Source of the DNA: Octopus vulgaris | Lineage: Eukaryota | Assembly (NCBI GenBank): GCA_951406725.2 | Contig: OX597820.1 | Location: 23,622,001-23,686,000 of the forward strand | Length of the DNA: 64,000 nt | Reading direction: 5' to 3' | Shown: piece by piece, positions 42,556 to 54,190 of the stretch | Position numbering within the stretch: the stretch's first letter is position 1 | Layout: each line of letters opens with the position of its first letter | Notes under the pieces: model-generated | Seen by the model: the letters and a program-made list of their open reading frames with translations, nothing else | The model's database searches: none | Told to the model about the DNA's origin: nothing | Translations under genes and position numbers: made by a program

Positions 42556-42743
42556 GTATATGTATGTATATATAGGAACTATGACAGTGATCATGTTACA
42601 GATGTATGACAAAAAGTTTTGAGACTTTGCTATATGATATTATTAAGAAATAGAACAAAAGTGAATGCAATGGTCTATCTCTGATATATCTTAAATTATA
42701 ATGATGATGATCTCTGTGATTTTATCTAGCTAACATAATTCTT

Positions 42744-43250
42744 CATCATCGTCATCATCATCGTTTAACGTCCGCTTTCCATGCTAGCATGGGTTGGACG
42801 ATTTTGACTGAGGGCTGGTGAACCAGATGGCTGCACCAGTCTCCAATCTGATCTGGCAGAGTTTCAACAGCTGGATGCCCTTCCTAACGCCAACCACTCC
42901 AAGAGTGTAGTGGGTGCTTTTACGTGCCACCGGCATGGGGGCCAGTCAGGCGGTACTGGCAACGACCTTGCTCGAATCTTTTTACACATGCCACCGGCAC
43001 AGGTGCCAGTAAGGCAATGCTGGTAACGATCACGCTCGAATGGTGCCTTTTACGTGCCACCGGCACAGAAGCCAGTTAGCTGCTCTGGCAACAATCATGC
43101 TTGGATGGTGCTTTTGGCACCCTACTAGCATGGGCACAAGTGCCAGTAAGGCAACACTGGTAGCGATCACAAGGTCTTCGCAAGCAGAGTTTAGTGTCCA
43201 AAGAAGGAAAAGGTACACATAAGTGGGCTGGTTACGCTCCTGGCATAGGC
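42744..43250 (-). mobile_element. RTE 3'-end-derived short element
   Basis: Same tail and tandem units as 49591-49842, reverse orientation. Confidence 0.85.
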
Positions 43251-44522
43251 CACGAGGAATAATTTATTTATTTTATTCAATTAAAATGAATTCAGTTTAT
43301 TGTTGCTTTATATGATGCAATCCGGATTATAGGTTGCATCAACTTTGGCTATTTCCTGTGCTGCTGAATATGAAAGAAGTGTGCAGTCTATTAACCAAAC
43401 AAGACAAGGAACCACAGACATATTCCGTCAGTGGGATATATTTGATATGTTTTGCCAGAAAACCAAGTGTCTGAAATATATATAAAGTCAAAAGATTCAA
43501 TAATCTTTTCTAGTAAGAAAAATAACTGATGAAAATATCATCATCATCATCTTTTAACGTCTGCTTTCTATGCTGGCATGGGTTGGACAGTTTGACTGAG
43601 GACTGGCAAGCTAGGAGGCTGCACCAGGCTCCTCTAATAATAAATAAAATGGAAATCCTAAACATTCTGCCTGGAGGTCCCAGAGTTGGGAATGGAAGTT
43701 AAATGCTCAATTTTCTTGGTTAACTATGTGCCATGGGTTAGTCCTGGCAGAGCTGACTGACTAGGGCCCAAACTAGTTTGGGGTTTATATGATTGCTCAG
43801 CCTGCTGGACATAAGAGCTAAGGCTCCCACAGAACACATCCTATTATCTTGGAAAAAGAAGTATACATGAGATAAAGTAGTCCTAGATAAAAAGTGGTGG
43901 CGGTCGAAAACGTACATATTGAGTTCTACACCAGTATTGCAATGTGAAATATATACACGTGTGTATATGTATATATACATGGTGACCTTAATAGTGCAGG
44001 TGTCATGAAAAAAAAACACCCAGTCCATATTGTAAAGTGATTGGTGTAAAAGCCATGCCAAAGTAGACATTGGAGTTCAATGCAATCCTTGGACATTGCT
44101 TTCTGTCAAACCATCGAACGCATGCCAGCACGAAACATAGATGTTAAATTATGATGATGATGATTGTGTGTGTGTGTGTGTGTGTGTATTCCAAGAAAGT
44201 TAGAGGTTGTGAATCCAACCAACTAAGGGATAATATTTATCCAATATACTGCTGGTAGAATACCCAATTATTAATACACAAGTGTTTTTTATTGCATTGC
44301 AATTACATTACCGAGTGTACTAAATGGGTGAAGGTAAAGATCTATTTTACCATTAATTTATTGAGCAATAAGAAAATGGAGGGGATCAGGTTCATCAACT
44401 TTTAGACATTATATTATGTCAATTTATTTACTAAAATGACAATTACACGAATATACATACATGTATAACATAAATGTCTAAAAGTTGATGAACCACCTAT
44501 TGATCTCCTCCATTTTCTTATT

Positions 44523-44587
<65 letters not shown>

Positions 44588-45229
44588 GTAATATATAGGT
44601 GTTATACATGTAACAATTAAATTATGTATTATGCACTTTATTGTCTTGCATGAAACTGGTTTGTGATACAAAAAAGCTAGGTGATCACTGCTTTACAGCA
44701 TACTGCAATATCAATTATGGTATAGAAAAAAACATTGAAGTTAAAGCTTTAATCAGAAAACACAAATACTTCATTATTTTCATTATTTACATTTGATAGA
44801 TATTTGTCCTAATCTTGTTTGTTGTTTTAACAACAAATGAGGACAAATATCCGGCAAATGTAAATAATGTACATAATTCCTCATCTCTTAAATATAGAAC
44901 TATACTAATACTTCAGTCCACTTTTATGACTTTTTCATCTATATACTTAATAAAATTTTTTGAATTCATCAGTAATATTTTATATTCATTTAATGTGGCA
45001 AGCTAGTAGAATTGTTAGCAAAATGGTTAGCAGCATTTCATCTGCCTTTTATGTTCTGAGTTCAAATTCCACCGAGATCAACTTTGCCTTTCATCGATAA
45101 AATAAGTACTAGTTTTGCAACAGGGTCAATGTAATTGACTTACCCACCTCCCCTGATATTGCTGGCCTTGTGCCAAAATTTGAAACCACTATTTTATATT
45201 CATTTAAGCTTTTTTGGTCTTCTTTACAG

Positions 45230-45401
45230 ATTGGTGGATATTTGTTAAGTATGAAATCTAAGGAAGTGCCTGTCGGTGTACTTTACTGTAAAGATGACAA
45301 ATTTACTGACACAGAAATATTAGAACATTATTGCAAGTTACTTGGTTTTAAAGATCATCATTTTGTGCATTATGATGGCAGTGGCCAGATAACAAAACAA
45401 G
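45230..45401 (+). CDS. Exon 6/7 alpha/beta-hydrolase-like gene
   Basis: Acceptor ctttacag|; IGGYLLSMKSKEVPVGVLYCKDDKFTDTEILEHYCKLLGFKDHHFVHYDGSGQITKQ; donor G|GTGAGT phase 1. Confidence 0.9.
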
Positions 45402-45623
45402 GTGAGTTTGTTTGACATTTTAATTGTTTAAACATCCATTGTTTTGTCTATGTATATGTCATGTTGTTCTTGAAAGGATATTGTAAACTCTGTGTCGGTT
45501 AATCTATGGGACAGATGTAACCAATTATATTCTTAGGAGTGGAATTGAAGTTCAAATCATGTTGCTAAAGAAAATCAATGTTAAGTAAATACAGCTTTTA
45601 TGCTAGGATTAGGATAACTATAT

Positions 45624-45668
<45 letters not shown>

Positions 45669-45784
45669 GTCAGTGACACAAATGCAATGTCTCTGCATAT
45701 CTCACATCTATTGTCATTCCTCCATTTCACTCTCTATTTCGTATCTTATCTAAATTAACTATTGCTTAACCATTTTCTCACACT

Positions 45785-45832
45785 GTCTCTGATGAAGGGG
45801 TATAAAAAATATCCCGGAAACAGCTGTAAGAC
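45785..45832 (+). ncRNA. Minimal type-I hammerhead ribozyme motif (Penelope-type)
   Basis: gtct-CTGATGA-a-ggggtat/atatccc-g-GAAA-cagctg-TA-agac: stem I gtct/agac, palindromic ACAGCTGT stem III, GUA cleavage triplet. Confidence 0.8.
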
Positions 45833-46364
45833 CTATTTATAAATGTTCTAAAATCTTCACAGCCTTGGTTTTTTATCTCATTCTGAAAAAAAATTTATAT
45901 ATATATAATGGCGGCGCCCCAGCATGGCCACAGCTCGTGAGCTGAAACTAGATAAAATAAAAAAAAAAAAAAATATACTCTGTAGTGAATACTTTTGATA
46001 AATGTTTGTATACATTTGAGGGTAAAACAATAATTATCTTTTACTTGTTTCGGTCATTGGAATGCTGGGGGACTGCTTTGAAGGGTTATAATTGAACACA
46101 TTCATTCCTGTACCTACTTTTTAAGTCTGGTACTTATTCCTGCAGTCTCCATTGCTGAACCACTAAGTCATGGAGATATAAACAAACTAAAACTGGCTGT
46201 CAAATAGTGGGAGGAGAGGAGAAGCACTTGCATGCACATACACAAGCATGTATGTGCACACACGTAGACACACACATGTAGTACTGCTTGTGTAGCAGGT
46301 TATCTATGTCCAGATTGCCCTTCCTGATGCCCACTCTCAGCTGTTTCCAAGTGAGGTAAGGCTA

Positions 46365-46725
46365 TCATCATCATCATCATCATCATCGTTTAACGTCCGT
46401 TTTCCGCGCTAGCACGGGTTGGACGGTTCGACCGGGATCTGGGGAGCCAGGGGCTGCTCCAGGCTCCAGTCTGATCTGGCAGTGTTTCTACAGCTGGATG
46501 CCCTTCCTAACGCCAACCACTCCGCGAGTGTAGTGGGTGCTTTTTACGTGCCACCTGCACAGGTGCCAGAGGGGTCTGGCATTGGCCACGATCGGTTGGT
46601 GCTTTTTATGTGCCACCGGCACAGAAGCCAGTCGAGGCGGTGCTGGCATCAGCCACATTCAGATGGTGCTTTTTATGTGCCACCGGCACAGAAGCCATTC
46701 GAGGCGGGGTTGGCATCGGTCACGT
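46365..46725 (-). mobile_element. RTE 3'-end-derived short element
   Basis: (CAT)n-cgtttaacgtccg...ctggatgcccttcctaacgccaacc plus several gtgccaccggcac units. Confidence 0.85.
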
Positions 46726-47154
46726 TCAAAAAGCTATCGCCTGCGTCGGCCGACACATATACATACTTACACACACATAACTATCTGCAATGTATTATTT
46801 TTCTATCAACAGCAAGGTTGGTTACATGCACATCACTTGATATGATCTCCCTCTTTAATCATTTAGTGACAGGCTTGAACTCAAACTGTTATTTACGTTG
46901 TCATTATTATATTGACTATGGTCAATCCACCTTCTGTTCACCTCTAAGAACAACAACATTCTGTGCTCTTCCTTAGTCCTTTTTAAAACATTAATATACT
47001 TGAGAAAATTTCTCATTTTTTGACACAAAATTTATAATTTCAAAGTGTTCAGGCCTCAAGTGACATGGGTTGGATGTGTTGTCACAGTCCCAGTGAGCTC
47101 CTTTTTCAGGGTTACTGTATTCTAGACATGACAGAGAGCCAGGTATTGCTCATA

Positions 47155-47409
47155 TACTCTTTCACTTGTTTCAGTCATGTGACTGTGGCCATGCTGGAGC
47201 ACCGCCTTTAGTCAAGCAAATCGACCCCAGGACTTATTCTTTGGAAGCCTAGTACTTATTCTATCAGTCTCTTTTGTCGAGCCGCTAAGTTACGGGACGT
47301 AAACACACCAGCATCAGTTGTCAAGCGATGTTGGGGTGACAAACACAGTTACACAAACATATACACACACATACATACATATATATATATGTGTGTGTAT
47401 GTGTGTATG

Positions 47410-47460
<51 letters not shown>
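47155..47460 (-). mobile_element. Family A SINE 3' half (5' half at 50096-50255), split by the RTE insertion
   Basis: Tail half and head half are in the same orientation on either side of the LINE. Confidence 0.75.
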
Positions 47461-47462
<2 letters not shown>

Positions 47463-47463
47463 C

Positions 47464-49044
47464 ATAGAGATGCTCAAAATATCTGGTAGTGTCGGCTATA
47501 GCCTAGTCACCCGTATAGTTAACCAGGTGATACACGAAGGAGTCATTCCCAATGACTGGTGTAGCAGCATAATAGTCAGCTGCTACAAAGGTAAAGGTGA
47601 CGCCCTAGATACAAATAGCTACAGGGGTATCAAGCTGCTGGATCAGGTAATGAAGGTTACGGAGAGGGTTATAGCCCAACTAATTAGAGAGAAAGTTAGC
47701 CTAGATCAGATGCAGTTTGGGTTTGTGCCAGGGAAAAGTACTACTGATGCTATTTTCATGGTAAGACAGCTGCAAGAGAAATACCTAGCCAAAGACAAGC
47801 CCCTATACCTGGCTTTTGTTGATATGGAGAAAGCCTTCGACAGGGTCCCCCGATCCCTCATCTGGTGGTCAATGAGGAAACTAGGGATAGATGAATGGTT
47901 AGTGAAAGCTGTACAAGCCATGTACAGAGACGCTGCTAGTAAGGTGAGGGTTGGCACCGAGTACAGTGAAGAATTCAGGGTAGAGGTTGGGGTCCACCAA
48001 GGTTCAGTCCTCAGTCCCCTCCTATTTATCATAGTCCTCCAGGCAATAACGGAGGAATTCAAGACAGGATGCCCCTGGGAGCTCCTCTATGCTGATGACC
48101 TTGCTCTAATTGCTGAGTCTCTATCAGAACTAGAGGAGAAGTTTCAGGTATGGAAACAAGGTTTAGAATCGAAGGGCCTTAGAATCAACCTAGCCAAAAC
48201 CAAAGTCCTAATAAGTAGGAAGGTAGACCAATCACAAACGCCTTCAGGTAGATGGCCCTGCTCGATCTGTAGAAAAGGTGTAGGTAGAAACTCTATAAGA
48301 TGCACCAAGTGTAAGCTATGGACACATAAGAGGTGCAGCAATGTCAAAGGAAGGCTAACTAGGAAGATGGTTTTTGTATGTGGCAGATGCTCAGGAACAA
48401 TTAACACTGAAGATGCTCTGAGACCAACTTCCGTCACTTTCCAGGGAGAAAAGCTAGAAGTAGTTGATAGTTTCCGTTACCTAGGTGACCAAGTCAGTAG
48501 CGGGGGCGGGTGCGCTGAGAGTATAACTGCTAGAGTAAGAATAGCCTGGGCAAAGTTTAGAGAGCTCTTACCTCTGCTGGTGACAAAAGGCCTCTCGCTC
48601 AAAGTAAAAGGCAGACTGTATGATGCATGTGTACGTACAGCCATGCTACATGGTAATGAAACTTGGGCTGTGACTGCTGAGGATTTGCGTAAGCTCGCAA
48701 GAAATGAAGCTAGTATGCTCCGATGGATGTGTAACGTCAGTGTTCATAATCGACAGAGTGTAAGTACCTTGAGAGAAAAGTTGAACCTAAGAAGTATCAG
48801 TTGTTGTGTGCAAGAGAGACGTATGCGCTGGTATGGTCATGTGATGAGAATGGCTGAAGATAGTTGTGTGCGAAAGTGCCACACCCTGGCAGTTGAGGGG
48901 ACCTGTGGAAGAGGTAGACCCACGAAAACCTGGGTCGAGGCGGTGAAGCACGACCTTCGAACTTTAGGTCTCACCAAGGAAATGACCAGTGACCGAGACC
49001 TTTGGAGGTATGCTGTGCGTGAGAAAACCCGGCAAGACCAGTGA
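47464..49044 (+). CDS. RTE reverse transcriptase, partial (APE domain missing), with inserted PHD-like zinc finger
   Basis: Motifs YKGKGD, YRGIKLL, QFGF, FVDMEKAFD, GVHQGSVLSP, LYADD, FRYLG and the C-terminal RWYGHV...RGRP typical of RTE. No stops or frameshifts. Confidence 0.93.
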   Translation: MEMLKISGSVGYSLVTRIVNQVIHEGVIPNDWCSSIIVSCYKGKGDALDTNSYRGIKLLDQVMKVTERVIAQLIREKVSLDQMQFGFVPGKSTTDAIFMVRQLQEKYLAKDKPLYLAFVDMEKAFDRVPRSLIWWSMRKLGIDEWLVKAVQAMYRDAASKVRVGTEYSEEFRVEVGVHQGSVLSPLLFIIVLQAITEEFKTGCPWELLYADDLALIAESLSELEEKFQVWKQGLESKGLRINLAKTKVLISRKVDQSQTPSGRWPCSICRKGVGRNSIRCTKCKLWTHKRCSNVKGRLTRKMVFVCGRCSGTINTEDALRPTSVTFQGEKLEVVDSFRYLGDQVSSGGGCAESITARVRIAWAKFRELLPLLVTKGLSLKVKGRLYDACVRTAMLHGNETWAVTAEDLRKLARNEASMLRWMCNVSVHNRQSVSTLREKLNLRSISCCVQERRMRWYGHVMRMAEDSCVRKCHTLAVEGTCGRGRPTKTWVEAVKHDLRTLGLTKEMTSDRDLWRYAVREKTRQDQ

Positions 49045-49092
49045 GAACAGTCAAAATCAAGATCAAACCAAATTGAGGTCGATCAACATCAG

Positions 49093-49677
49093 GGCCCCTG
49101 TGCAGGTGACACGTAAAAGTACCATCCGTTCGTAGCCGTTTGCCAGCTCTGTCTGGCCCCTGTGCCGGTGACACGTAAAAGCACCATCCGTTCGTAGCCG
49201 TTTGCCAGCTCTGTCTGGCCCCCGTGCCGGTGACACGTAAAAGCACCATCCGTTCGTGGCCGTTTGCCAGCCCTGTCTGGCCCCCATGTTGGTGACATGT
49301 AAAAGCACCATCCGTTCGTGTCCGTTGCCAGCCTCGCCTGGCCCCCGTGCCGGTGACACGTAAAAGCACCATCCGTTCGTGGCCGTTTGCCAGCCCTGTC
49401 TGGCCCCCATGTCGGTGGCATGTAAAAGCACCATCCGTTCATGCCCGTTGCCAGCTCTGTCTGGCCCCCGTGCCGGTGACACGTAAAAGCACCATCCGTT
49501 TCGTGGCCGTTTGCCAGCTCTGTCTGGCCCCCGTGTTGGTGGCACGTAAAAGCACCATCCGTTCGTGTCCGTTGCCAGCCTCGCCTGGCCCCGTGCCGGT
49601 GACACGTAAAGCACCATCCGTTCGTGGCCGTTTGCCAGCTCTGTCTGGCACCTGTGCAGGTGGCACGTAAAAGCACC
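49093..49677 (+). repeat. ~62-bp tandem array (about 10 units) in the RTE 3' UTR
   Basis: The motif acgtaaaagcacc recurs at 49111, 49173, 49235, 49297, 49358, 49420, 49481, 49544, 49604 and 49665. Confidence 0.95.
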
Positions 49678-49842
49678 CACTACACTCACGGAGTGGTTGG
49701 CATTAGGAAGGGCATCCAGCTGTAGAAATGCTGCCAGATCTGACTGTGCCTGATGAAGCCTTCCAGCTTCACAGACCCCAGTTGAACCGTCCAACCCATG
49801 CTAGCATGGAGAACGGACGCTAAATGATGATGATGATGATGA

Positions 49843-50095
49843 TCATCATCATCATCGTTTAGCGTCCGCTTTCCATGCTAGCATGGGTTGGACGGTTCAA
49901 CTGGGGTCCAGAAAGCCAGAAGGCTGCACCAGGCCCAGTCTGATCTGGCAACGTTTCTACGGCTGGATGCCCTTCCTAACGCCAACCACTCCGTGAGTGT
50001 AGTGGGTGCTTTTACGTGCCACCGGCACAGGTGCCAGACAAGGCTGGCAAACGGCCACGATCGGATGGTGCTTTTTACGTGCCACCGGCACGGAT
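49843..50095 (-). mobile_element. RTE 3'-end-derived short element, inverted, tail-to-tail with the LINE
   Basis: Reverse complement of ~49591-49842; the tails meet as (GAT)n/(ATC)n. Confidence 0.9.
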
Positions 50096-50968
50096 GGGCT
50101 ACTTCCAGTTTCTGTCTACCAAATCCACTCACAAGGCTTTGGTTGGCCCCCGAGACTATAGTAGAAGTCACTTGCCCAAGGTGTCATGCAGTGGGACTGA
50201 ACCCGGAGCCATGTGGTTCGTAAGCAAGCTACTTACTACACAGCCACTCCTACGCTTATGTTTAACTTTTTTTTTTTTGGCATGCTTTCTGTGGTTTGAT
50301 GCTGTACTTAACACCAACTACTTCAGTATAATGTGTGTATTTTATTAATGTGCCAACACCGACATTTACTTATGTAAAATTATGCATTGAGTTGTGTCCC
50401 TTTATACTCAAAGCTAACTTGGTCATTCACTAAGTAGTAACCAATAACGAAGGTACCAAACGGGATAAAAGTACTTGGATCAATATAATTGCCTAAAACT
50501 CCTAAAGACAGTGCCCCAGCATGGCTGCAGATCAGTGAATGAAATCAGTAAAAGAATAAGAGAATGCTTCATTATCATCATAATTTTCACGTCTACTTTT
50601 CCATGAGTCAGATGAGATTTGTGAAGGCAGATTTCTTGTATTCAGATGTCTTTCTCCTCATCAACTCTCATCCGTTTCCCTGAAAACATGTCCAACCACT
50701 GAAGCTCATTTATATTCGACTGTGATGTCAAGACAAGGTGACATACACACACACACACACACATACATATGACAGGCTTCTTTCAGCTTCCATCTACCCA
50801 ATCCACTCACAAGGCTTTGGTTGGCCTGAGCCTATATTAGAAGATACTTATCCAAGATGTCACACAGTGGGACTGAACCTAAAACCACATTTAAGAAGTG
50901 AACTTCTTAACCACACAACCATTTCTGTGCATATGTAATATAAGTAATTTTCTTTTTTTAATTTTCAG

Positions 50969-51096
50969 CTGAAACTACCAAAGGATCATTACACTATGGA
51001 CTTATACTGGAACACGGAAATCCATTTCAAGTCCTGAAGAACCCACTTTTGAATTTAGTAGAGAAACTTGTTAATCAATCAAAACAAGTTCGATAA
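50969..51096 (+). CDS. Exon 7/7 (terminal coding exon)
   Basis: Acceptor attttcag|; (A)ETTKGSLHYGLILEHGNPFQVLKNPLLNLVEKLVNQSKQVR-TAA. The seven exons sum to 1155 nt (384 aa plus stop) with all phases compatible. AATAAA motifs lie near 52115 and 52153. Confidence 0.85.
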
Positions 51097-52769
51097 AATA
51101 ATATATATATATATATATACACTTCCATTATAAGACTTGTTTGTATCAAATAACATTTCATAGAAAATGGCCTGCTGAATATTTCTTGTTTTTACAGCAT
51201 TTAACCAAAATGTCACTGTTGCGGTGAGATTAAAATGTTGGACATGGCAATTTGCTGACTGGGTTCATTCCAACAAGGTTCTTCAGTATCACCAGAATTT
51301 ATGTAAACCAAAATTTGCAAACAAAATACTAGCATTCTATACCATAAGGTCTTGAGTTCATAAACCTTGACAGAAGAGTTATTGAATCAAATGTGGAAGC
51401 TTATCTAGGTGGTTGCTCAATCAGCTAGAAACAGCAGTTGAATTCAACTCTCATCCTACCGTCGTACAAAAGGAAAGACACAACCAACAAATATTATTTT
51501 AAATCCATAAAAGGACAAGATAGTCACTGCTGAAACCACTCTGATTATAGGTCTTTTTAGCCAGAGCTGATCTTGCGGGGTTAATAACAGCAATAACGAA
51601 TACTGAGTATTGTATCCACTCCTTATCCACAAAGTTCAGCTTTATTGAAAAATAGGTTATCCTCAACCTATTGTATGTATGGTTATTGATTAAAAGGTTG
51701 AATAAGGGAAATCTGTGTAAACAAGACATGCAAATCCCCACAAAATAAAATGAAAATAGATGTGTTCATCGTGTGAATGCTAGCATTGAAAAGTGACTAT
51801 TAACCCTTTTGATACCAACCTGCCTGAATTATACAAACTTCCTGTCTTATGCGATCTAAATGAAAACCTTCCTTCAAAATTTCATGTTAATAACACCAGT
51901 TTATTAATGGTAATTACTTTTACTGTACTAAAATCTTCATTATTTTCTAAGTCAGTTGAAATAAAGGCAGTATATTTCATCAGTCACATGTCAACAAAAG
52001 GGTTAAACTATAAAATTTGAAACAATATGTAAAGGAACATAAATCTATTCAACTCATTTTGCCAGTTTGACAAATGGTTCAACATCTATATCACTGTTGA
52101 AGGGGTTATAAATAAATAAAAAAATGTACATTCTATTATAGAACAAGGTTTCAATAAAATTCCTCAATTTTTTGAGGTGTCATTGTGATATTAAATTCCT
52201 GATGTTTTCGTTGATTTCAGATTACTCTTAGGAATAACATTCTGAGGTGATCTTCCCGTTATTTACTCTAAATATTATTAAGTTTGAACTCAGCACTGTG
52301 AGCTGTACAAAACACTAATTATTCTTCTCATTATTTACTCTAAATATTATTAAGTTTGAACTCAACACTGTGAGTGATACAAAACACTAATTATGCTGCT
52401 TACAACAGTGGATTGTATTTGCTTATGATACATATTTATCACTTTGATGTAATTTGATAGGCTTAATTAGTTTCCACCATCTGTCCATCTGATGCCTTTG
52501 ACAGAGCCCACTTTGTTACAAGAATTCAAACTAGACTTCAAGCTGGAGGATATCAAGATCTTTCTCTGACCACTAATCATGGATATTCTGAAATAAAAAG
52601 CATTTGTGAAACTTTTTCTCCTCTGACACATTCTTGCCAGGAAAAAAAGTGCATATATGAAACACACATCCACATTCAAAAGACTTCTTATAAAGACCAT
52701 CACTGAAACATAGAAGAAAACTAACTTATCAACATACAATAACATTGAAGTGAAGGAACCAGCTACTCT

Positions 52770-53149
52770 TGTGCCAGTGGCACATAATATGCACCATTCG
52801 AGCGTGATCGTTACCTGCATCACCTTACTGGCACTTGTGCTGGTGGCACGTGAAAAAACATTCTAACGAGGTCGTTGCCAGTGCTGCTGGACTGGCTCCT
52901 GTGCAGGTGGCACATAAAAACCACCATTCGAGCGTGGCTGTTACCAGTACCAACTGACTAGCCCTCGTGCTGGTGGCACGTAAAAGCACCCACTAAACTT
53001 ACGGAGTGGTTGGCGTTAGGAAAGGCATCCAGCTGTAGAAACTCTGCCAGATCAGATTGGAGTCTGGTGCAGCCATCTGGTTCGCCAGTTCTCAGTCAAA
53101 TCTTCCAACCCATGCTAGCATGGAAAGTGGACGTTAAACAATGATGATC
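52770..53149 (+). mobile_element. RTE 3'-end-derived short element
   Basis: ggtggcacgtaaaagcacc units, ggttggcgttaggaaaggcatccagc and a (TGA)n tail. Confidence 0.85.
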
Positions 53150-53930
53150 ATGTGAACTGTCTCTAATATATCACTCTTAAAGGCTATAAGCCCAGCTTTC
53201 TTTCCAACCCTAAATGCAGGTTAATCAATCCTTCTAAGAGTGAGAAAGGCATTGTAAGTAAACATAATCTCAATCCCATCAACACTGATATTAAAAGGGC
53301 CTCAGGGTTGATTCAGTGAGACTGCTGCACCACTGTTATTAACTGGGTCCTCAGCATTGAGAATAAAGCAAATTAACCTAATTTCATATTGTGGGTTTCT
53401 ATCCTTCTATATCAAAATCCCTCCACCTGAAAACCTTAAAACTTTATGAGATAATTAACTAGAATAAGCAGCTTTGATTAAAGAATCATTTTGATCACTT
53501 GGAGATCACTCCTGTTTCACAATGATTCATACTGTTTGATGTATTCAGGGGGAGTCACGATGGGTTGAAGGTCACTGACCTTACTGGGTTATTTATCCTG
53601 GATATCCTAAAAAAAATAAAGAACTTAGAACTCCACAGTTCAGCCCTGTATGAGGCCATATGAATATCCATGCCATAGATAAGTTAAAGGAAAATTCTTG
53701 AAAACATCTTCAAAGAATTTGACCTAACACCTATTATTACAACTAAACAAATGTCAACTTACTAGATGTTGCCCTAGATCATAAATTGGGTAAGTACTAC
53801 ACCAATAGAAAGCTTAATGAGAAAACTATGTCTATAGAAACTCTTACCACCTTTCAGCTGTAATTATAAACCTAGTCACAAGCATCAACAGAAAAATCTA
53901 TGCACTGGTGGACAGAGAAATCTTCAACAA

Positions 53931-54190
53931 GTTCTTAGCCACTACGCCATATACCAGTGGGCATATGGCATAATGGTTAAGAGCACGGGCTACTAACCCC
54001 AAGATTCTGAGTTCGATTCCAGGCAGTGACCTGAATAATAATAACAACAACAACGAAAAATACCTTAGGAATGAGAACCCAGGTTCGAAATTTCCCCAAG
54101 ACACCTGATGAAGGCTGGAGGGTATATCAGCTGAAACGTGGTGTTAACAACAAACAAAATGAGGACAAATATCTGTTAAATGTAAATAAA
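53931..54190 (+). mobile_element. tRNA-headed SINE-like element carrying a hammerhead motif
   Basis: A box tggcataatgg and B box gagttcgattcc in the head (53959-54031); hammerhead at 54101-54144; short inverted copy of the head at 53931-53955; aagttctta on both flanks. Confidence 0.75.
54101..54144 (+). ncRNA. Hammerhead ribozyme motif (cleavage site GUG, probably inactive)
   Basis: acac-CTGATGA-a-ggctg...cagct-GAAA-cg-TG-gtgt; stem I acac/gtgt. Confidence 0.7.

Larger units (their letters stand above)
47464..49842 (+). mobile_element. 5'-truncated RTE-clade LINE, young, in intron 6 of the hydrolase gene
   Basis: Uninterrupted RT ORF, then a 3' tandem array, a conserved 3' end and a (TGA)n tail. 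It begins abruptly in a (TA)n tract. Confidence 0.93.

Noticed and set aside
47389-47463. Apparent ATG start of the 551-aa ORF
   Set aside because: It lies in the (TG)/(TA) microsatellite; RT similarity begins only at ~47464.
49093-49677. Twister or pistol ribozyme in the RTE repeat (GCCGGT...TAAAAG resemblance)
   Set aside because: The conserved twister and pistol core elements are missing; only a generic pseudoknot is supportable.
48971-49794. Long overlapping ORFs (243, 195 and 133 aa)
   Set aside because: They are translations of the GC-rich 62-bp tandem repeat.
52259-52392. ~71-bp tandem duplication after the hydrolase 3' end
   Set aside because: Two-copy local duplication with no further structure.
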